Assembly (NCBI GenBank): GCA_965203445.1
Contig: OZ241883.1
Span: 1,568,001-1,632,000 of the forward strand
Direction: 5' to 3'
DNA: 64,000 nucleotides
From: Candidatus Oxydemutator sp.
GTDB taxonomy: Bacteria; Pseudomonadota; Gammaproteobacteria; Poriferisulfidales; Oxydemutatoraceae
Below the pieces are notes generated by a model. That model searched no databases, had not been told where the DNA came from, and saw only the letters and a program-made list of their open reading frames with translations. Positions 57,101-64,000 of this stretch are shown here, piece by piece (the stretch's first letter is position 1; every line of letters begins with the position of its first letter). Position numbers and translations under genes: made by a program.

Positions 57101-59385
57101 CGTGGTTGAGATCGGGAGATCCGGAGCTTGCCATCCTGTTGCCATCTGAAGCAGCTGCACCCGCGGGTTCCGGCGCACAGACTGGTGCCATGTTGGGCGG
57201 CTTCAGCGTGATGGTGATGAGCCGCCCCACCGATACGAGAACGGTTAGCGTCCAGGCCATGTATAGCTCGCCCAACGTGATAGTTTTGACACTGCCGCCG
57301 GGTGCTGCGCTTACCGCTGATGACATGGGTGTGTTTGCAAGATACGAATATCCGGGAAGCGGTCTGGGCATATTTGACCGCTCGCTGGAGGCGGGCTTGC
57401 GCCCGGCGGATGACCAGAATCGCAACCAGCAACGCGGCCCGTTGATGATAAGTTTGGCAGCTTTCTCGGAAACCGCCGACACCGACGGCGACGGCATCCC
57501 GGATGCCACCGAGGCCAAGTTGAACGGCGATCCGCTGGACTCGGAGTTGCCGGCCGGCGTGCCGCAAGTTTCAGTGGATGAGGACATGCTCTACTTCGCA
57601 TATTCGGGAATACGTCGACACGGGATTGACACCGCCACGTTGATCAGTCACCTTGGCCTCACGACGACGGGAACGGCGTCGTTCCCGGCAGTGTCGGCAG
57701 AGGCCTATTACCTGGATAGAGGCAACTGCACTGGTGGACAATTCCCTGCAAATTATGACGCGCCGATGGGCGGCTGCGAGCGGGTGAACTTTTGGAACAT
57801 GAAAGCCGGCGAGAATCACAAGATAGGCTGGGTGGTGATGGGCGATGATGTGCCGGAGGGCCATCCCGCGCGAGGCTACTGGTTCACCGCGAACACGCCG
57901 AGCAGGTTGCCGGAGCAGACGGTCTATCGCGTGCCGGAGCTGAACATGCTGTCGCAGCACTTGTTCTTTGCGAGTGGCGCGACCGATAGCGATGCTGTCT
58001 CAATTAAATTTGAGCGCGATGGCCGTGAAACGGATCAATTGACATTTGAGTCGTCCGAGGGGAACACCGAGGAGTTGACTGGGGCACGGTTTTCCCGCGA
58101 AGTTAATAAATCTGATCTCGGTGGTGCTTCGCGCACGTATTCGATTGCGGATTTGGTTGATGCGACACTATATGAGCCGAGCACTGCTGGTCATAGGCCG
58201 GGGGAAAATGATTATTCCTTGGGGCTGGTAACGCAGACGCAAGTTGTCGTGGTACCTGACTCGTACTTGTGGCCAAGGTTCGGGGCGCTGAAGTTGACGA
58301 GGATGGGGAGCACCAGCACCTCCGTGGTCAACTTTGTGGTTCGAGGTGATAGCTACAAGCTGACGGTGGAGATGGAGAACATGGACGATGCGGTGAGGAC
58401 GATACCGCACACGGGTTTCACAAATGTGGAGGGCCACCGCGGGTTTGATCGTGATGATATCAGCACTGATGTGGGTACGTTGACTGTAGATTTCACCGTA
58501 CCCACGGACGCCCCCGAATTATTGTCATTGATGTTGACTGCTTATGCTCCTCACGGTGGCGCGACTAGGAGCGCGGTGTATAGCTGGAGGGTGATTAATA
58601 CTAATGACCGTAATGTGGTGAGGTTGGGCATGCCAGACGATGATGATGACGGTGACGGAATTCCGAATACCCATGATAGATATGAAGATATGGCATTGCC
58701 TGTATTGGTGAAAGATACTGCGGGTGAGGATGGTAGTCACCACATGCGCTTGGCGGTGCCGTTACAGCAGCAGTTGCGCGTCGGCGGACATACGCTCCGC
58801 CGCCTAGAAGAACGGAGCACACAGACGGTGACATACGCACTCCACTCTGCGTCGGCGAACAAAGGTGAAAAAGTGAGGTATAACTTCGAGATCCATGGCG
58901 TGGATTACGACGTGGGTGAGGATGGCAACACCACCGGCGGCATGGCCACTGTGTTTGTTAAACTGCCAGAGTCGTCTTTTAGCCGTGGCTTACAGCTGGC
59001 GAAGTTCGCTGACGAGGATATCAGCGCTCATAGGCACCTTTTTTCTGTCTACAAGGCCGAGGGTCATGGCGAGTATGGTTTTGAGTCTTCGCGTCTTGGC
59101 GAAGACTGTCCCGTTCCCAACGGTAATAATTATAAAGCCACGGAGAGGGGAGAGCACGACTGTCTCATGGTGCGGATAAGGGATGGCGGTCGCCACGATG
59201 AGGATTGCTGGAGCGACGGAAGCTACGATATGGAGTGCAGGCCAAACGGCATCATACGCGACCCGCTGGGCTTTGGCCGAGATGCTCCGGGTGGCGGCAG
59301 TGGCGGCAGCGTCGGCCTGTTGGGTATTGCCCTGCTGATGTTGGCCTTGGCGGCAACCCTGCTGCGCCGTCGTCGCGTGCACTGA
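54187..59385 (+). CDS. Large (~1,732 aa) surface protein: cohesin-like N-domain, 5 Calx-beta, SwmB-like domain, TSP3-like motifs, choice-of-anchor-U-like domain, GlyGly-CTERM
   Basis: GGAGA RBS at 54176; signal MSMFKKDISYILFVAVLLGASLPSASLA; DDMLSEGDETF-type motifs; DTDGDGIPD and DDDGDGIPN; IRDGGRHDED...NGIIRDP; ends GGGSGGSVGLLGIALLMLALAATLLRRRRVH. Confidence 0.88.
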   Translation: MSMFKKDISYILFVAVLLGASLPSASLAQALRTSDSPPCPSTGTDCLIFTTYMDNERVVPNSGSPSGYDYAFDLSYSVNSNIRLGALVVANRNTVYQSGDSLPLLMHNIETIIGFDRDVFVVTESAITIAYAEGASIFDPDSEDSSFTREVAPGVSITAPSYQHPSLDGRPGVTARILLSADQRLSVSIQGDARTPIGATPLYDFGNGSRRVLFNIRIPIRNAANFNAAATSADADIFMSRGGAGIGESSILNYANAVSDRALARFGATTVRIRRPNPIQSLAAPVNLAVSSQRVEEGQDLTITLNRGAAVATDTDITLRLSLGGESGEAGREDLNLTGWATSGTVATRTVTMAKDESSVSIDIPVIDDMLSEGDETFRVEFLPSSTVGQGDPSALTVTIPANDPIRYSISPPPGDVMEGSDAEFEVTLGAETTRALMLEYTVAVAGDGTPQGTTPDYTDPNSGSILIAAGSTRTTITITINGDALAEGQETLTVTLTGDANGIGTVVQARATATATIPENEANVREFFVVDGDFTALAEDAAAARSYNVSFRPVGGISANADLPSTTTVRWSLVGSSASGANPIEAADFAETSGTLTFAAGTSSVKNFSVTVTNDNLNEGAESYRVSLRVVSGDTAGSAGVDSPVGTVADDAADTITVAFTAGPVTTINEGEHSTQTLVRSGGTPTAENVVVPLLITPVAMQDEVRITNPVGLRILRVPDDVTVTGGETGLYGFAVFTATGGQYATNATFQIMAFNDNLLEDAEMVSVTIGDPTAAAYSSVPGVGSAGTVARATPAPTYTGTIAANDPITVAVNPVRGQERGVGEGSNLGYTITFSNNRPTADITVGMTIEGIIVGSTTGTENADFDAAASGWNTSAATVTTDATITVADVVLGRPIALPTLRVVTGDTDDREETFQLTVVPSGGAPAQTAAIARFSPPQVTTTSTILRIDTEAPGLNGVGYATDDPTRRAWLRSGDPELAILLPSEAAAPAGSGAQTGAMLGGFSVMVMSRPTDTRTVSVQAMYSSPNVIVLTLPPGAALTADDMGVFARYEYPGSGLGIFDRSLEAGLRPADDQNRNQQRGPLMISLAAFSETADTDGDGIPDATEAKLNGDPLDSELPAGVPQVSVDEDMLYFAYSGIRRHGIDTATLISHLGLTTTGTASFPAVSAEAYYLDRGNCTGGQFPANYDAPMGGCERVNFWNMKAGENHKIGWVVMGDDVPEGHPARGYWFTANTPSRLPEQTVYRVPELNMLSQHLFFASGATDSDAVSIKFERDGRETDQLTFESSEGNTEELTGARFSREVNKSDLGGASRTYSIADLVDATLYEPSTAGHRPGENDYSLGLVTQTQVVVVPDSYLWPRFGALKLTRMGSTSTSVVNFVVRGDSYKLTVEMENMDDAVRTIPHTGFTNVEGHRGFDRDDISTDVGTLTVDFTVPTDAPELLSLMLTAYAPHGGATRSAVYSWRVINTNDRNVVRLGMPDDDDDGDGIPNTHDRYEDMALPVLVKDTAGEDGSHHMRLAVPLQQQLRVGGHTLRRLEERSTQTVTYALHSASANKGEKVRYNFEIHGVDYDVGEDGNTTGGMATVFVKLPESSFSRGLQLAKFADEDISAHRHLFSVYKAEGHGEYGFESSRLGEDCPVPNGNNYKATERGEHDCLMVRIRDGGRHDEDCWSDGSYDMECRPNGIIRDPLGFGRDAPGGGSGGSVGLLGIALLMLALAATLLRRRRVH

Positions 59386-59396
59386 TAACCCCGTTC

Positions 59397-59441
59397 CAGC
59401 CGGCCCGCACCCCCACCTCCGCGGGCCGGCTGCTTTCCTTT
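59397..59441 (+). terminator. Rho-independent terminator after the surface-protein locus
   Basis: 12-bp stem CAGCCGGCCCGC / GCGGGCCGGCTG, 12-nt loop, followed by CTTTCCTTT. Confidence 0.7.
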
Positions 59442-59462
59442 CACCTAGATATCCCCATCAAA

Positions 59463-59482
59463 CTCTCTCCCTCTGGGAGGGA
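59463..59482. repeat. REP-like palindromic element, copy 2 (partial)
   Basis: CTCTCTCCCTCTGGGAGGGA; 15-nt core identical to the copy at 2631. Confidence 0.5.
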
Positions 59483-59509
59483 AACAGCATGCAAACGTGA
59501 ACCCCCGCC

Positions 59510-60034
59510 ATGACTGACGCCCCCGCCACCCCCCTGGTCGGCCTGGTCATGGGCAGTGCCGGCGACTGGCCGGTTATGCGCGTTGCCGCCGAATACCTCG
59601 AACGCTTTTCGGTGGCCTATGAAAAACGCATCGTGTCGGCGCATCGCACGCCGGAACAGATGTTCGACTACGCGCGCACCGCCGACGAACGCGGCCTGCG
59701 CTGCATCATCGCCGGCGCCGGCGGCGCCGCCCATCTGCCGGGTATGATCGCCGCGCTCACGACTCTGCCGGTGCTCGGCGTGCCGGTGCCCGGACGCCAC
59801 CTGTCCGGCTACGACTCGCTGTTGTCCATCGTCCAGATGCCGAAGGGCGTTCCGGTTGCGACCTTCGCCGTCGGCGAGGCCGGCGCCGCCAACGCCGCGC
59901 TGTTCGCCTGCGCGCTGCTGGCAGGTGAGGGCGCGCCCCAGGCCGCGCCCGGTGCCGCATCTTTGGGCGAGGCGCTGCGGCGCTACCGAGACGAGCAACG
60001 CCAAAGCGTCCTGCAAGCGACCCTGCCCGACTGA
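59510..60034 (+). CDS. purE: N5-carboxyaminoimidazole ribonucleotide mutase
   Basis: [40 protein letters not shown]. Confidence 0.97.
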   Translation: MTDAPATPLVGLVMGSAGDWPVMRVAAEYLERFSVAYEKRIVSAHRTPEQMFDYARTADERGLRCIIAGAGGAAHLPGMIAALTTLPVLGVPVPGRHLSGYDSLLSIVQMPKGVPVATFAVGEAGAANAALFACALLAGEGAPQAAPGAASLGEALRRYRDEQRQSVLQATLPD

Positions 60035-61194
60035 TGTTGGCGCCCGGCGCCACGCTGGGAGTGCTCGGCGGCGGCCAGCTCGGGCGCATGTTCGTCGCCG
60101 CCGCGCGCACGATGGGCTATCGCAGCGCGGTGCTCGACCCCGACCGCGACAGCCCCGCGGGCGCCGTCGCCGATCACCACTTGCGCGCCGACTATACCGA
60201 CGAACAAGCCCTCGCGCGCTTCGCGCGTACGTGCGACGCGGTTACCACCGAGTTCGAGAACGTGCCGGCCGCGGCGCTCGAACGCCTGCGCCGCGACGTG
60301 CCGGTGCGTCCCGGCGTGCTGGCGCTGGGTCTGGCCCAGGATCGCATCGCCGAGAAGAACTTTCTGCGCACCGCCGGCATCGCGACCGTGCCGTACGCCG
60401 AGGTGCGCGACGCCGACGACCTGGCCGATGCGCTGCGGCGGCTGACGCCGCCGCTGATCCTGAAGCGCGCGCGCCTGGGCTACGACGGCAAGGGACAGAT
60501 CGAAGTGCGCGACGCGCGCGAGGCGCGGCGCGCGTTCGCGGCCGTGGCCGGCGACGCGGGCGCCGTCGCCTGCGTCGCCGAGCAGCGCGTCGAACTGGCC
60601 GCCGAGATTTCGGTGATTCTGGCGCGCGCGCCCGACGGCCGCTGCACCTTCTTCCCGGTGGCCGAGAACCGCCACCGCGACGGCATACTCCATTCCACCT
60701 CGGTGCCGGCGTCGGTGCCGCGAGCGACGCAGGACGCCGCGCGCGCGCAGGCCGCGCACGCGGCCGCCGCGATGGACTACCAGGGCGTATTGGCGATCGA
60801 GTTTTTCATCACGCGCACCGGCGAGCTGCTGGCCAACGAGTTTGCGCCGCGCCCGCACAACAGCGGCCACTACACGTTGGACGCCTGCGCGGCGTCGCAA
60901 TTCGATCAACAGGTGCGGATGACGTGCGCGCTGGCCGCGGCTGATACGCGCCTGCTGACGCCGGTGGTCATGGTCAACCTGCTGGGCGACTTGTGGGGCG
61001 CGGGCGAGCCGGCATGGGACGTGCTGCTGCGTGAACCGCACGCGCGCCTGCACCTGTACGGCAAACGCCACGCGCGCCGCGGGCGCAAGATGGGACACTT
61101 CTGCCTGCTCGGCGACGACGTCGCGGCGTTGCGCGCGCAAGCCTGCGACATCCACCGGCGTCTCGCCCGCCAGACTTCCCACCAGACACAATGA
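60034..61194 (+). CDS. purK: N5-carboxyaminoimidazole ribonucleotide synthase
   Basis: LGGGQLGRM, TTEFENVP, GYDGKGQ, NEFAPRPHNSGH, HLYGK...GRKMGH. Confidence 0.97.
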   Translation: MLAPGATLGVLGGGQLGRMFVAAARTMGYRSAVLDPDRDSPAGAVADHHLRADYTDEQALARFARTCDAVTTEFENVPAAALERLRRDVPVRPGVLALGLAQDRIAEKNFLRTAGIATVPYAEVRDADDLADALRRLTPPLILKRARLGYDGKGQIEVRDAREARRAFAAVAGDAGAVACVAEQRVELAAEISVILARAPDGRCTFFPVAENRHRDGILHSTSVPASVPRATQDAARAQAAHAAAAMDYQGVLAIEFFITRTGELLANEFAPRPHNSGHYTLDACAASQFDQQVRMTCALAAADTRLLTPVVMVNLLGDLWGAGEPAWDVLLREPHARLHLYGKRHARRGRKMGHFCLLGDDVAALRAQACDIHRRLARQTSHQTQ

Positions 61195-61706
61195 CGCGCG
61201 AGTTCGACGCTTTTCGCATCCGCTACGACGCCGGCGCGTTCCATGCCGGCATCGAGAACACCAGCGTCGCCGCTCCCGCCGCCGGCGCGCTCCACCGGCG
61301 TCTCGCCCGCCAGACTTCCCGCCAGACGCAATGACGCGCGAGTTCGACGCTTTTCGTATCCGTTGCGCCGCCGGCGCGTTCCATGCCGGCATCGAGAACA
61401 CCAGCGTCGCCGCTCCCGCCGCCGGCGCGCTCCACCGGCGTCTCACCCGCCAGACTTCCTGCCAGACGCAATGACACGCGAGTTCGACGCATTCCGCATC
61501 CGTTGCGCCGCCGGCGCGTTCCATGCCGGCATCGAGAACACCAGCGTCGCCGCTCCCGCCGCCGGCGCGCTCTACCGGCGTCTCGCCCGCCAGACTTTCC
61601 ACCAGACGCAATGATGCGCGAGTTCGACGCATTCCGCATCCGTTGCGCCGCCGGCGCGTTCCATGCCGGCATCGAGAACACCAGCGTCGCCGCTCCCGCC
61701 GCCGGC
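61151..61706 (+). repeat. Tandem 140-bp repeat (about 4 copies) made of the purK 3' end plus the acuI 5' end
   Basis: ATGA(C/T)(G/A)CGCGAGTTCGACGC recurs at 61191, 61331, 61471 and 61611; copies differ by point substitutions. Confidence 0.95.
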
Positions 61707-62615
61707 GAGGTGCTGATCGCCGTCGACTATTCCGGCGTCAATTATAAGGACGCGCTGGCCGGCGCCGGCGCCGCAAAAATTACACGCACCAGCCCGCTGA
61801 CCGGCGGCATAGACCTGGCCGGCGTCGTCGCCGAGAGCGCCGCGCCGGCGCTGGCGCCGGGAACCGCGGTGCTGGTTCACGGCAGCGGGTTGAGCGAGAC
61901 CCGCGACGGCGGCTACGCGCCGTACGCGCTGGTGCCGGCCGATCTGGTCGTGCCGATTCCGATGCCCCTCGATACGCGCACCGCGATGATCATCGGCACC
62001 GCCGGCTTCACCGCGGCCCTTGCGATAGAGCGTATGCGCGACAACGGGCAGCGCCCCGATGGCGGCCCGGTGCTGGTAACCGGTGCCAGCGGCGGCGTCG
62101 GCAGCTTCGCGGTGCATCTGCTTGCGAAACTCGGCTTTGAGGTCGTCGCCGCGACGCGCAAGCCCGGCGCGCGCGATTACCTGCACAAGCTCGGCGCGGC
62201 GTGTGTTATCGGCGCGCCCGAATCCTCGTCGCGCGCGCCGGCCCGCGCGCTGGACAAGGCCCAATGGGGCGGCGCGATAGACAACCTGGGCGGCGGTGCG
62301 CTGGCCGTCGCGGTGGCCGCGACGCGCCCGTGGGGCAACGTCGTAAGCGTCGGTCTGGCGCAGTCGCAGTCGCTGCCGCTGACGGTGATGCCGTTCATCA
62401 TACGCGGCGTCAGCCTGCTCGGCGTCACCTCCGCGAATTGCCCGATGCACCGGAAAAGGCACATATGGGAACTGCTCGCGGGAGAAATGCACCCAAACTG
62501 CCTGGACGACATGCTCGCCGATACAAAAACCCTGCAAGACCTGCCCGCCTGCTTCCAACGCCTCCTCTCCGGCAAACAACAAGGTCGCACCCTGATCCGC
62601 TGCCGCAAGGAGTAG
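61611..62615 (+). CDS. acuI: YhdH/AcuI-family MDR oxidoreductase (acryloyl-CoA reductase-like)
   Basis: VDYSGVNYKDAL, GIDLAG, AMIIGTAGFTAAL, VTGASGGVGS, TVMPFIIRGVSLLGV, GRTLI; the real start is the fourth repeat ATG (61611). Confidence 0.82.
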   Translation: MMREFDAFRIRCAAGAFHAGIENTSVAAPAAGEVLIAVDYSGVNYKDALAGAGAAKITRTSPLTGGIDLAGVVAESAAPALAPGTAVLVHGSGLSETRDGGYAPYALVPADLVVPIPMPLDTRTAMIIGTAGFTAALAIERMRDNGQRPDGGPVLVTGASGGVGSFAVHLLAKLGFEVVAATRKPGARDYLHKLGAACVIGAPESSSRAPARALDKAQWGGAIDNLGGGALAVAVAATRPWGNVVSVGLAQSQSLPLTVMPFIIRGVSLLGVTSANCPMHRKRHIWELLAGEMHPNCLDDMLADTKTLQDLPACFQRLLSGKQQGRTLIRCRKE

Positions 62616-62635
62616 CAGCAACCTCCATTCGTACT

Positions 62636-62705
62636 CCTTCTCCCTCTGGCAGAGAGCTTGATCGGCAAGCCCTGACGTAACCCTCTCCCCCTAGGAGAGG
62701 GTGGG
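62636..62705. repeat. REP-like palindromic elements, copies 3 and 4
   Basis: CCTTCTCCCTCTGGCAGAGAG (62636) and CCCTCTCCCCCTAGGAGAGGG (62681), the same CCCTCTCC...GGAGAGGG family as 2626 and 59463. Confidence 0.55.
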
Positions 62706-62874
62706 CGGATTCCATGAGGGCCGCAGGACATTTGTGCTTTCGTTTGATAATCCAGTCCGTTATATACAACTGCACCGCAAGCGTCCGGGTCGTCGATTCC
62801 ATCAATGATCGAACCGCCGTACCGTTCGTCGGAAATTTCTTGCAGGGCGCGCGCGCTGCTATAAAATGGCGGCC

Positions 62875-63702
62875 ATGAACAACGTGCATGACATACGGCA
62901 CTACCGGATTGCCGAGAAGCGCCCGGATCCATATTCGGATGCGGCGTCGCGCGCGCGCTGGGCGCGGATCGAGGCGGCCCAGGAAGAGATACAAAGGGCG
63001 ATAGCGGCGACCGACCGGCAACTGGAAGAGACCGCCAAGGAGGTAAAGGAAGCCGCCAGAGTGTCCCGGGAGTCTATCCAGGAACTCTCCAAGGAGGTAA
63101 AGGAGACCGCCAGAGTGTCCCGGGAGTCCATCCAGGAACTCTCCAAGGAGGTAAAGGAAACCGCCAGAGTGTCCCGGGAGTCCATCCAGAAACTTTCCAG
63201 GCAAGTGGAAGAGACTTCCAAGGAAGTAAAGGAAACCACCAGAGCGGTAAAGGATCTCAACAAGAAAGTCGGGGGCGCGGGGCAAGTTCGGGGGCGCATC
63301 ACCGAGGAGTTTTTCTATAAGGCGTTGCGCGAGGAGCGGCGTATCGGCGCGTTGAAGTTCGACGATATATACCTGAACTTCGAGGCAAAGCGCGATGGTC
63401 GGAGAACCGAATATGACCTGCTGTTGACCAACGGCGAATTGGTGGCGGTGGTCGAGGTCAAGCACAATCTGCGCCTCGACAACGTGGAGGATATGCGCAA
63501 GATACGTGCGCCGCACGCCCGTTATTATCTGCGCCGTTTCAGCGACAAGAAGATGTTGTTTGTGATGGCGTATATGACTGCGGACACCCAGGCGGTGGCC
63601 CTGGCGCACGAATGCGGCTACGCGACGCTGTCGCCGGATGGTCAGAAGGCGCGCGCGGACATAAGTTGCGTGCGCTACGTCGAGTGTGAGGAACAATCAT
63701 GA
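62875..63702 (+). CDS. Coiled-coil repeat protein with C-terminal PD-(D/E)XK nuclease-like domain (DUF3782-like architecture)
   Basis: 18-aa repeats KEVKETARVSRESIQELS, then ITEEFFY...EYDLLLTNGELVAVVEVK (D...EVK). Start 62875 chosen by homology to the downstream paralog; ATG 62866 is the alternative. Confidence 0.78.
   Translation: MNNVHDIRHYRIAEKRPDPYSDAASRARWARIEAAQEEIQRAIAATDRQLEETAKEVKEAARVSRESIQELSKEVKETARVSRESIQELSKEVKETARVSRESIQKLSRQVEETSKEVKETTRAVKDLNKKVGGAGQVRGRITEEFFYKALREERRIGALKFDDIYLNFEAKRDGRRTEYDLLLTNGELVAVVEVKHNLRLDNVEDMRKIRAPHARYYLRRFSDKKMLFVMAYMTADTQAVALAHECGYATLSPDGQKARADISCVRYVECEEQS
63035..63196 (+). repeat. 3 x 54-bp in-frame tandem repeat
   Basis: CCAAGGAGGTAAAGGA(A/G)(G/A)CCGCCAGAGTGTCCCGGGAGTC(T/C)ATCCAG(G/A)AACT(C/T)T at 63035, 63089 and 63143. 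Confidence 0.9.
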
Positions 63703-64000
63703 GCAACGTACACGACATGCAAAGCTACCGGATTGCCGAGAAGCGCCCGGATCCATATTCGGATGCGGCGTCGCGCGCGCGCTGGGCGCGGATCGAGGCG
63801 GCCCAGGAAGAGATACAAAGGGCGATAACGGCGACCGACCGGCAACTGGAAGAGACCTCCAAGGAGGTGAAGGATGCTGCCAGAGTAGCAAAAGAGGCCG
63901 CCAGGGAGGTAAAGGAAACCGCCAGAGTGTCCCGGGAGTCCATCCAGAAACTTTCCAGGCAAGTGGAAGAGACCTCCAAGGAAGTAAAGGAAACCACCAG
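63699..64000 (+). CDS. Tandem paralog of the 62875-63702 protein (partial; runs off the window)
   Basis: ATGA overlap with the upstream stop; MSNVHDMQSYRIAEKRPDPYSDAASRARWARIEAAQEEIQRA..., near-identical DNA with a different repeat content. Confidence 0.85.
   Translation, partial: MSNVHDMQSYRIAEKRPDPYSDAASRARWARIEAAQEEIQRAITATDRQLEETSKEVKDAARVAKEAAREVKETARVSRESIQKLSRQVEETSKEVKETT

Noticed and set aside
26862-59500. Integrative element or prophage carrying the surface-protein locus
   Set aside because: No integrase, transposase, tRNA target or flanking direct repeats seen.
61383-61610. 410-aa N-terminally extended AcuI (ORF 61383..62615)
   Set aside because: The extension is out-of-frame repeat sequence; family homology starts at ATG 61611.
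61151-61706. Possible CRISPR array
   Set aside because: Contiguous 140-bp units with no unique spacers, derived from the flanking coding sequence; no cas genes.
62425-63997. Minus-strand repeat ORFs (423, 133, 95 and 90 aa)
   Set aside because: Antisense to the coiled-coil nuclease genes; their periodicity only mirrors the 54-bp repeat.

Overview
GC-rich (roughly 65-72% by eye) gammaproteobacterial chromosome segment. The Mrp antiporter, soxYZ, acuI and giant surface proteins suggest a marine and possibly host-associated organism (inference). 1-26.9 kb is mostly housekeeping: a secreted lysyl-endopeptidase-like protease with PPC repeats (runs off the left edge), an acetolactate synthase plus aldehyde dehydrogenase pair, pcnB-folK-dNK-panB-panC, an MrpA-less Mrp Na+/H+ antiporter operon, hemDC, algR/fimS, argH, two lower-GC methyltransferase-like genes, orphan soxYZ, lptM-lysA and a displaced panD. 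27.1-59.4 kb is a two-gene surface locus. The first gene encodes a ~9,019-aa protein with a Sec signal, about 69 Calx-beta-like modules, a cohesin-like N-terminal domain and a dockerin-like C-terminus. The second encodes a ~1,732-aa protein with a paralogous cohesin-like N-terminal domain and a GlyGly-CTERM anchor. My best candidate for an undescribed system is this pair, acting as a cohesin-dockerin-assembled, rhombosortase-anchored and possibly self-polymerising adhesin. The domain calls are by-eye motif matches and need HMM or structure confirmation. The right end holds purE-purK, a 140-bp tandem amplification that creates three translationally coupled mini-ORFs ahead of an acuI-like gene, and tandem coiled-coil PD-(D/E)XK genes. 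I found no rRNA, tRNA, CRISPR array, integrase or transposase.
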